From Macrostomum lignano (taxonomy: Eukaryota): a DNA stretch of 64,000 nucleotides. The notes beneath the pieces are model-generated. The model was not told where the DNA came from, did no database searches, and worked only from the letters and a program-made list of their open reading frames with translations. How positions within the stretch are numbered: position 1 is the first letter of the stretch; each line of letters begins with the position of its first letter. Both the position numbers and the translations under genes were made by a program. The stretch lies in NCBI GenBank assembly GCA_002269645.1, contig NIVC01000735.1:310001-374000 (forward strand), given 5' to 3'. Positions 53,701 to 64,000 of this stretch are shown here, piece after piece.

Positions 53701-56700
53701 GCTGGAGCTGCCAGCCAATCACAGCAGGGTGAGCTGGAGCTCAGAGCTGCCAGCCAATCACAGCAGGGTAAGCTGGAGCTGCCAGCTAATCACAGCAGGG
53801 TGAGCTGGAGCTGCCAGCCAATCACAGCAGGGTAAGCTGGAGCTGCCAGCTAATCACAGCAGGGTGAGCTGGAGCTGCCAGCCAATCACAGCAGGGTAAG
53901 CTGGAGCTGCCAGCCAATCACAGCAGGGTAAGCTGGAGCTGCCAGCCAATCACAGCAGGGTGAGCTGGAGCTCAGAGCTACCAGCCAATCACAGCAGGGT
54001 GATAAAAAGCTTTTCAGTCAGCCCAAATTATTAATTTGGAATGGGCTTGTCTTATCCTATGACTAGGCTTGCCACAGAGCAATTAATAAAATCGCATCTC
54101 TCCTAGAATGATGCCTCGAAGGCCAAAATCTCGAGCTGGAAATTTCTCACCTTGACCGGCAGCTCGGGCTCGTCAAGCAGCCTCAGCCGAACAGCATCGG
54201 CCATGCCGGACAGCGTGGCCGGCTCGAATGCAGCGCCCCGGGCCTCGGCGAACTGTCGCAGCAGGCAGCAGGCGCGGGCGCGCAGGAACGGGCGCGGAGA
54301 GGCGGCCATGGGCAGCGCCAGGCTGGTCATGAAGCTCTCAACCCCGGCTGCGTAGGCCGGCCGGCTCACCAGCAGGTCCGCCAGGCTGCCGAGGATGCGC
54401 AGCGCTCCGTCCCGCTGCCTGGCCGCGGCATCGTTAGAGTCGGCCTCGGCCGACGTTGCGTTGACGGCGTCGGTGCAGAAGGCGACGCACCAGTCGAGGA
54501 CGTGGCGCCGCTTGGCGCAGGCTTCGTGCAGCAGCTCCTCGGCGGCGAGGTCCGCCCCAGCCGGCACGTCCTCCCAGTCGCCCTCGTGCCGGCGGACGCG
54601 CAGGTATTCGACCGGATCGGCGTCCCACAGCTCGGCGTCGTCGTCCGTGAAGCAGAGCAGGGGGAAGCAGACGGCCGCCAGCAGCTGGCGCATGTGCGGC
54701 TTCAACAGGCGCCACAGGTGCGCGTAGGCCAGGCCGGCGCGCAGGTAGTTGAGCAGCTGGTGCAGCAGGCGCTGGGGCACGAACTCGCGCCTGGCGAAGC
54801 GGTCCAGCCACTCCAGTGCCAGCTGCAGCACCGGGCCGGCGGCTGTGCGAACGTACCTGCCGACCAGGTGGAAATTGTGGCATGATCGGTGCTGCTAGAC
54901 AAATGGCAGATCAGTTCAACAAAACCCAAATGCAGAATCAGGACTGGGGATTTCCGAATTCAGATTCGGGACTAGGGATTTCCGAATTCAGATTCGGGAC
55001 TAGGGATTTCCGAATTCAGATTCGGGACTAGGGATTTCCGAATTCAGATTCGGGACTAGGGATTTCCGAATTCAGATTCGGGACTAGGGATTTCCGAATT
55101 CAGATTCGGGACTAGGGATTTCCGAATTCAGATTCGGGACTAGGGATTTCCGAATTCAGATTCGGGACTAGGGATTTCCGAATTCAGATTCGGGACTAGG
55201 GATTTCCGAATTCAGATTCGGGACTAGGGATTTCCTAATTCAGATTCGGGACTAGGGATTTCCGAATTCAGATTCGGAGCTGGGGATTTCCGAATTCAGA
55301 TTCGGGACTGGGGATTCCGAGCACAGACGGCAGCTCACCAGTCACCAAAGCTGGGGTCCCGCTTGCAAAGCGTGTCCCTGGAGCCGAACCGCTCCAGCCA
55401 GTTCAGCAGCGACCTGGCCGCCCACTTGCGCGCCCGCCACCACGGGTGATCGTCCGACTGCGGACAGTCGGGCGGCGGAGCGGCCCGCAGCAGGGAGCCC
55501 AGCGCCTCCGTCCACTGCATGACGAGGCCGCGGTCGGCCTCCAGCGCCGGCGGCAGGGAGGTGCAGGTGTAGGCGTGAAAGGCCTTGACCGCCAGGCACT
55601 GTTGCTGGGCCAGCGGGAAGCCCCCAGCGACGGCCAGCAGCAGGCGGCGGTGCAGCAGCGGCAGCAGGGTGGCCATCGCCGACTCAAGCGGAACCCGACG
55701 GTCGGGCTTGGCGTACTGGAACACCTTCAGCAGAGCGTGCAGAGCGGACAAGGCGCCGGGTACCTGCGGCGAAAGCAATCAGATACTGTCATAGCCATCC
55801 TCCCTCGTGCAGATCCTGTTAGAAACTTTTCCTCTAGTAGAATAGCTCTAAGGGCTAATACTCATAAAAAGCCCTGCACTACCGAGGGGCATTACTGCCC
55901 AAGGATATGTACAGGCACACACTCACACAGGAGTGTACAGCGGCCCTTTATTTATCGTAAGGCATGTACACTTCACTGTGCCTTGGGGGTTGGCCTTCAA
56001 GGGCGTTAATTGCACGAGCAGACCCGAATGTGACTTGCACTTGGAATCGAGCCTGGGCCGCTAGCACGTAAAAGCGCCGCGCTAGACCACTAGACTATGG
56101 GTATTTTCCCTGAATTGAAGTCGATAAACTCATGAAGCCAGCGCTAGACCACTAGACTATGGGTATTTTCCCTGAATTGAAGTCGATAAACTCATGAAGC
56201 CAGCGCTAGACCACTAGACTATGGGTATTTTCCCTGAATTGAAGTCACGAGAGCCGGATAGAGGCTTCTGGGGCTGGAGTTTCTATGTAGAGGTAACTTG
56301 TCCATACAGGCTACGCTACCTAAAGACCCACTGACACGGTGAAAATGAATATTGAATCTACCTGGTCCTCAATGTCGGCGGACAGAGCCGCGGCAAGCTG
56401 CGCCGGCAGTTCCTCCGACCAGCGGCCGGGAAAGTCGCTCTGGGCGGCCACCGTGACGCAGACTTTGAGCTGCTGCCGCAGCGGCTCGGGCGCCAGCAGC
56501 ATGGCCTGCACCAGGCTGGCCCGGATTCGAGCCTTGTCCTGCTCGTGCAGGCTGAACTGCAGCGGCTCGCCCGGCTCCTCGGGCTGGGCTCGCTCGCGCC
56601 AGAACCTGTTGATGGTGTTCTTCAGGTACACAGCGCCGGCCTGGCGCACTGGGATGTCCACCTCCGGCCACATGACAATGTCCAGCAGCGTCGGACAGAA

Positions 56701-56805
56701 GGCGATGATCTTCTTCATGCTGTCCAGGTAGACCTCGGCCTCGCGCTGCTGCTTTGGATTGAGCGTTGCCTTCAGTGCGAGAACTATCTTGGCTGGTTCC
56801 ACCAT
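50729..56805 (-). CDS. IPO7: Importin-7/8 (Moleskin-like), ~1067 aa; exons 56805-56362, 55763-55339, 54856-54151, 53388-52618, 51586-50729
   Basis: IBN_N motif DIPVRQAGAVYLKN, SDFPGRW, HPWWRARKWA, WDADPVEYLR, RQRDGAL, LRARAC, LHDRRLCVL and an acidic C-tail; GT-AG introns with consistent phases. Confidence 0.92.
51865..52610. repeat. 31/34-bp minisatellite (CACGGTCTCACAAGACACCAAGAAGAATTCCCCA), IPO7 intron 4
   Basis: Tandem units starting ~8 nt inside the donor. Confidence 0.94.
53505..54000. repeat. 32/39-bp minisatellite (CCAATCACAGCAGGGTRAGCTGGAGCTGCCAG), IPO7 intron 3
   Basis: Tandem units read directly. Confidence 0.94.
54944..55320. repeat. 28-bp minisatellite (GGGATTTCCGAATTCAGATTCGGGACTA), ~13 copies, IPO7 intron 2
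   Basis: Tandem units read directly. Confidence 0.95.
56030..56247 (-). pseudogene. tRNA(Glu)-like SINE head or tRNA pseudogene (56030-56103) whose 5' part is tandemly duplicated (62-bp unit, ~2.7 copies), IPO7 intron 1
   Basis: Minus strand reads CCCATAGTCTAGTGGTCTAG (A box)...GCGGCCCAGGCTCGATTCC (B box); the acceptor stem does not pair. Confidence 0.55.
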
Positions 56806-59506
56806 GGCTGCAGCTGAAATCAGACAAGGTGCCACCTGTACTCTCAAATCAATGGTCACGCATCTTTAAACAAAATCCATGCTAGAGGTTGTTTTTTCCT
56901 AGATCGGGATTCCAAATTTTTCTGGGATCCTAGGATTTGTTTCACATGCAAAAAATGCTAGCATAATTACATGCCAAGAACATACATTCGCAACAGTCGG
57001 CCGATCCGGCCGACCGATTTGGTGGCTAACCAAGGTAAGTCGCAAAAATGCCCATCCGAATAAATACCAAAGTAGTACTAAGTAGATGACGAGGCATTTT
57101 GCCTTAATAAGACAGTCATAGTTACTCCTGTCGTTTACCCAAAGTTGCGTTAATTTTGCTTTTGGACTTCTTTTACATGTAAGTTGCATTTTTGTTAAAA
57201 ATAAGTCGCACAGCGAATAGAATTTTGGAGGTTGCGCAGGTATAGCCAAAAATCAAGAGCCCACAACATAAGAGGCACTTTTATGCATATGTAGTACACT
57301 TATGCATAGTATGATTTGAGCCTAACATTTGGGATTTGAAATATTTCTCTAGTATATACCCTTGTCAAGTATACACCTTAGTATACTTGTCACCCTAGGC
57401 CTAGACAAGTAGAATGCAGGAGATTGCATATGTATGCTGCCATTACAACTTATCAAACTTACTTTGGTACAATGCTAAATTGCACTAGTCTTTGGTTGGT
57501 TTTTGGCTTTGTGTGATAGATATTTCTATAATGTCAACCTCCTAGCAAGGCAAGTTTGTTGGCAATAAGGCAAAAATTAACATTGGATAAATATAGTCAA
57601 TAACTAGATCACTAGAACAATAGGTTGAATAGGTTTTATTGGGATATAAAATGAGCAAGTCCAAATAGAACCTGTTATAAGCCATCAAATATTGATCCAA
57701 AGCTAAAATTAAGATAAACTGTTTTTAATTATAACTTAGTGTTTAATCAAAGATTATAATAAACTATATTAGATCTATATAATCAATTTTTGGCATAATC
57801 CATAGCAGTCAACAACAGTCTATAGCAAGTAAATATGAGTATGACACAATTGGGCAATGATGCAAATAACTTTGGCTAATTAGTTTTTATTGATATTAAA
57901 CCAACATTAAAATTTATATAGTGATAATGGGGTTGCTAACCAAGGGGTGATGGGTTGGGTGAGTCATCATGCAGAATCATGCTATTTGATTAATTTGTTG
58001 TGTTACAAATTCAACCAATTTGTAACACATAACAAATATGTTAGATATTGGTTGAACATTAAACATATATATATTGATCAAACTGCTATGAACTAACTTG
58101 TTTTAACTTATTGAGTCAATTTTTTAACTCAAAATAATTTAATGTAGGAAACTAGGATTATGCCCAATTTCATTGATACTACTTTAGTTTTTACTTTATT
58201 TTTCTATAATCAAAGAGTTTTTTCTAATGGGGTATATCTAGTCTAGGCCTATGACTATTTTTGCATTTCAATTTTCATAATTCAATCATTTGTGTTAAAA
58301 TACTATTGTAAATATAAATATTTTATTAGGCTTCTACTAATTATTTAAAAAAAGAAGAAGAATAATCAAGTTAATCAATACTAACAATTTGAATACTAAT
58401 CATATATTATTGTCTTCTATTCTTCTTCTGAACAAGAATAAATAATATTAAGCTATCTAAACAAAAAATATATTACTTTCAGATAGCAAGCTGCAACTAT
58501 TATAATTTTATTTGAACTTCTATTTTGGAATCTCTATTAATTAATGCTAAAATGCTACATCTTAATGTGACGAACGACTTCTCCTACAAAGTACAAACAG
58601 ACTACAGAGCGTTAATAAGCGCCTGCAGCTTGACTGACGTACACGATTCGATACTACATTCATTTTTTTGTTTTTTTTTTTAAAAATTAAATATAAAAGA
58701 ATTTATTTTTTATATATTTTTTTAAACATTTTTTGCGTATTTATCATACCTTTTTAAGAAAATAAAGGGCATGAATTCTTTATAATTTGTTTAACTTTAA
58801 AAAATTGCTAATGTCAATAAGAGATTTTTGACATAATGTTTTCACGATTTAAGTCACTAGTAGAATTCCTGTGAAGTAAAAAGGCAAAATATAAATTCAT
58901 TTACTATCACTTTTGTGTAAGTTCTTTTTTTGTTCGTAATTTTTTTTATGAAACAGTTTTTAGTCGCTAAAATTAAAAAAACACGTTCAATTAGTGGTAT
59001 ACGCCTGCTACTTTAGCATGCTATAACCATATTCTTCATTTCTTCTTCGGCCTACTATATGACCAACTAAGTCACAATAATCGGTTGATTAGCCTAATCA
59101 ATAATGAATCCGACACTCGTGTACATTAAAAGCTTCGTGAAGAATTAACTATAGTAGACGTTTTAACTAGAATTAACTAGAGATCATAATTCCTTAATTT
59201 TATTCAGCCAACGCTTCTATTCAAATTACTCGTATTACTTAACATTGCGACAGAGAAACTCCAAACAAATTTAGATGCTCCAGTAGACTTGTGAAATTTT
59301 CAGTTTTTAGATTGATGTCTCTTTAGATTAAATTGATAAATAGACCGAAAGACAAGAGAAAGATTTAGTGAACAGAAAATCAATTCCATCGGTCAAATGA
59401 CTTATTACGAGTAATTAAGTTATTACCAATTTTGACATTTCTTCTTCAGAAGTGTGACCGGTAGCGATCTCAACTCAACCTGAGAAGCTTCAGTCAACCA
59501 GGAAGC

Positions 59507-60716
<1,210 letters not shown>

Positions 60717-60922
60717 CTTCGAGCCCCGCTGTGCCCGATTGGCACCCTGCCAACTGAGATTTTTCATTGCGATGCTTACTAAAACTTCATATAAAATTGT
60801 ATCATTTGAAAATTTACAAGTTAAATAAAACACTATTCTGCGAACGTTTACCAAAATAAGACCTGACCCTCGAGTTCAGCTAAATTTGCATCAAATTATT
60901 TTGCAATTTTGAAATTACTGGA

Positions 60923-61086
60923 GGTTGTAGCCAAGGGGTTAGCTCGGTGCAAGACACCTAATTGCTTCAGTTCACCCAGCTGGGGGTAATTGGTGGTGTG
61001 TGCGTGCGATCCTCTCCTTTCAATTGGACTGAACAGCCGTACGCAGCTTTCAGATGCGACGCGCAATAGCTGCGGCTGAGCTGTCG
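60923..61086 (+). mobile_element. Deleted copy of a CORE-type tRNA SINE (lacks most of the tRNA head)
   Basis: Shares GGTTGTAGCC, ATTGCTTCAGTTCACCCAGCTGG and a 38-bp perfect 3' segment with the element at 61384-61626. Confidence 0.75.
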
Positions 61087-61383
61087 CTGCTGTAGTCACG
61101 CGGCCCTGACTTTCCCATCGCCCAATACAGTAAACACGCTGTACTCGTACGAGCTACTATGGGGATTGGCCCTTATGCACCAGAATCGCTCGACATGCCC
61201 CAGTCCATTAGTCGTGGCACCAGCCCCAAATTCATGAAGCACCTGCACCGGCTGCGGGCAGCATTGGGTCGCTGAGGTCTAATTGGACGGGTTGTGGCGA
61301 TAAAGTGCCTTTTGCTGAAGTAGGATAATATTAATAGTAATAATAACTGATTACACCTGCCCCAATTGGGCCCGATGTGCAAC

Positions 61384-61626
61384 CGACAGCTCAGCCGCAG
61401 CTATTGCGCGTCGCATCTGAAGGCTGTTCAGTCCAAGGACTGGGGAGTCGCCACACACCCTCAATTACCTCAGCTAATGCTGGCACCCATTTTCCAGCTG
61501 GGTGAACTGAAGCAATGCAGATTCATGTGTTTTGCTCAAGGGCACAAATAGTTCCGAGTGGGATCGGGATTCGAACCCCCGACCTTCAAGTCGTGAGTCC
61601 GACCCTCTATCCACTAGGCTACAACC
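61384..61626 (-). mobile_element. tRNA-derived SINE with a MIR-like CORE domain
   Basis: A box TAGCCTAGTGG and B box GGTTCGAATCC, then TGTGCCCTTGAGCAAAACAC..CTTCAGTTCACCCAGCTGGAAAATGGG, which resembles the CORE consensus (TGTGACCTTGGGCAAGT..CCTCAGTTTCCTCATCTGTAAAATGGG). Confidence 0.8.
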
Positions 61627-61659
61627 AAATTTATAAGTCGGAAGAGCTGCGAAATACAC

Positions 61660-62790
61660 GATGCCATCTCCATTCTAAATCGGAGCTGCAGAAACCACAC
61701 GATGCCATCTCCATTCTAGATCGGAGCTGCGGAAACCACACGATGCCATCTCCATTCTAGATCGGAAGTGTGGAAACCACACGATGCCATCTCCATTCTA
61801 GATCGGAGCTGCGGAAACCACACGATGCCATCTCCATTCTAAATCGGAGCTGTGGAAATCACACGATGCCATCTCCATTCAAGATCGGAGCTGCGGAAAC
61901 CACACGATGCCATCTCCATTCTAGATCGGAGCTGCGGAAACCACACGATGCCATCTCCATTCTAGATCGGAGCTGCGGAAACCACACGATGCCATCTCCA
62001 TTCTAGATCGGAGCTGCGGAAACCACAAGATGCCATCTCCCTTTTTAAATCGAAGCTGCGGAAACCACAAGATGCCACCTCCCTTCTAAATCGGAGCTGT
62101 GGAAACCACACTATGCCATCTCTCTTTTAAATTGGAAGTGCGGAAACCACAAGATGCCATCTCCCTTTTTAAATCAGAGCTGTGGAAACCACACGATGCC
62201 ACCTCCATTCTAGATCGGAGCTGCGGAAACCACACGATGCCACCTCCATTCTAGATCGGAGCTGCGGAAACCACACGATGCCACCTCCATTCTAGATCGG
62301 AGCTGCGGAAACCACAAGATGCCATCTCCATTCTAGATCGGAGCTGCGGAAACCACACGATGCCATCTCCCTTTTTAAATCGAAGCTGCGGAAACCACAA
62401 GATGCCATCTCCCTTTTTAAATCGAAGCTGTGGAAACCACAAGATGCCATCTCCCTTTTTAAATTGAAGCTGCGGAAACCACACGATGCCATCTCCATTC
62501 TAGATCGGAGCTGCGGAAACCACAAGATGCCATCTCCCTTTTTAAATCGGAGCTGCGGAAACCACACGATGCTATCTCCATTCTAGATCGGAGCTGTGGA
62601 AACCACACGATGCCATCTCCCTTTTTAAATCGAAGCTGCGGAAACCACAAGATGCCATCTCCCTTTTTAAATCGAAGCTGTGGAAACCACAAGATGCCAT
62701 CTCCCTTTTTAAATCGAAGCTGTGGAAACCACAAGATGCCATCTCCCTTTTTAAATCGAAGCTGCGGAAACCACAAGATGCCACCTCCCT
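61660..62790. repeat. 41/42-bp minisatellite (GATGCCATCTCCATTCTAGATCGGAGCTGCGGAAACCACAC), two interleaved variants, ~27 copies
   Basis: Tandem units read directly. Confidence 0.95.
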
Positions 62791-63361
62791 TCACCAAATG
62801 AGTATCTAAACATGCCATACCCTGCTTGTCCATGGAGTTTCATTCAACACGTAACTCTGGCTCGACACGTTGCTTAAAACACGTGTCGAACCTGCCGAGA
62901 AAAGTTACTGACGAAACGGCTTGATTAAACAGCATCGAACCGTTTAAGACATGGCAGAGAGGCTTCCCATTCTGTTTGAAGCTCAGCTGTTCAGCTTTGG
63001 CTGCCCAGCTGGATCGCCCACTTCTCTGCCGCTGTGCTGCAGCAGCGCTCGCTCGCGAAGCCGCACAGAGTGAGTTTCCTTGCCGGAAAACAATAGAAAC
63101 AGAAGAGACAGCGAGGCCACCCCCCGCTGAGAAACCCAGCAGCTACCGGAATCGCCCCGACCCCGAGAGACACGTATGAGTAATCGATCCGCTGAGCTGG
63201 AACCAGCTCTCCGGCCACTGACACTCGGCCACGTCGGGTTCCCCAGCCACCCCTCGGAGCGAGGATTAAATACGGACTCCGCTGCGGCCCGTCTCATCTT
63301 GCATCTCCACTCTGTGTTCAAACGCTACTTGGGGAAATTCCAGTGCGCAAAATCAACCAGG

Positions 63362-63635
63362 ATGTCCTGCAGTCTACCGCTCCGCCTGCCAGTCCTGCTG
63401 GCCCTACTGCTCGCGCTGACCACCCTGGCCGCCGCGGCGGGCGAAGGCAGCGGCAACAGTGAAGGCCGCGACGGTCGGCGGCGCGACTCTCGCGTTCACG
63501 ACGCGCCGCCGTCGGACGCCGAGCACCACGACGATGACGATGATGGCGACGATGCCGAAGATGGCGAAGGCGATCGGGACGGAGGGCGACGGAAGCGGAG
63601 GCACGACGCGCGCTACGACCACGAGTCCTTCCTGG
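63362..63635 (+). CDS. Exon 1 of a CREC-family (calumenin/reticulocalbin) secreted EF-hand protein; the rest lies beyond the window
   Basis: Signal peptide LPVLLALLLALTTLAAAAG, acidic linker, YDHESFLG (CREC YDHEAFLG motif), then a G|GTGAGT donor. Confidence 0.8.
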
Positions 63636-63699
63636 GTGAGTCCTGTTGATGCCACTGCTGAGTCCTTCCTTGGTGAGTCCCGATACCCTCTACCGCGCT

Positions 63700-64000
63700 G
63701 AGCAGAGTCCCTCTACTGACGAGTCCCTCTACTGACGAGTCCCTCTACTGACGAATCCCTCTACTGACGAGTCCCCCTACTGACGAGTCCCTCTACTGAC
63801 GAGTCCCCCTACTGACGAGTCCCTCAACTGACGAGTCCCTCTACTGAAGAGTCCCTCAACTGACGAGTCCCTCTACTGACGAGTCCCTCTACTGAAGAGT
63901 CCCTCAACTGACGAGTCCCTCTACTGACGAGTCCCTCTACTGACGAGTCCCCCTACTGACGAGTCCCCCTACTGTCTACTGACGAGTCCCTCCCTGCCCC
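63700..64000. repeat. 16-bp minisatellite (CTACTGACGAGTCCCT)
   Basis: Tandem units read directly. Confidence 0.93.

Noticed and set aside
61555-61626. Functional tRNA gene
   Set aside because: A and B boxes are present, but it runs straight into a SINE CORE domain and a deleted second copy lies nearby
62860-62960. Hammerhead ribozyme (CTGACGA at 62908 with an AACGG/CCGTT stem); also CTGACGA in the 63700-64000 array
   Set aside because: The required GAAA after stem II is missing (TAAG here), and the array has no GAAA or stem II complement

Overview
Eukaryotic (animal) genomic DNA, not prokaryotic. It has GC-rich exons with GT-AG introns, and nearly every intron or intergenic gap carries its own 16-62 bp minisatellite. 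This style suggests a free-living flatworm such as Macrostomum lignano (inference only). Ten host genes can be modelled exon by exon. On the minus strand: ANKRD27/VARP (partial), a NUDT7-like peroxisomal CoA diphosphatase, paraplegin/SPG7, a LITAF-domain gene, an RMDN (PTPIP51-like) gene, IFT57 and importin-7/8. On the plus strand: a ~1050-aa IFIT-like TPR protein, RIIAD1 and exon 1 of a calumenin/reticulocalbin gene. Mobile DNA includes a young full-length Mag-type Ty3/gypsy LTR element, a fold-back Penelope-like RT fragment with a 15-bp TSD, two internally deleted Tc1 copies, CORE-type tRNA SINEs, MITEs and a probable non-autonomous Helitron. Most interesting: (1) the paraplegin has an intact AAA ATPase but has lost all three zinc ligands of its M41 protease; (2) several intronic minisatellites are tandem copies of the splice junction itself, giving arrays of donors or acceptors; (3) two genes lack an ATG but have in-frame acceptors, consistent with a start codon donated by a flatworm spliced leader; (4) a giant IFIT-like, intronless TPR ORF; (5) kb-scale CpG-free AT-rich blocks. 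Homologies were judged from remembered motifs by eye; no searches were run.
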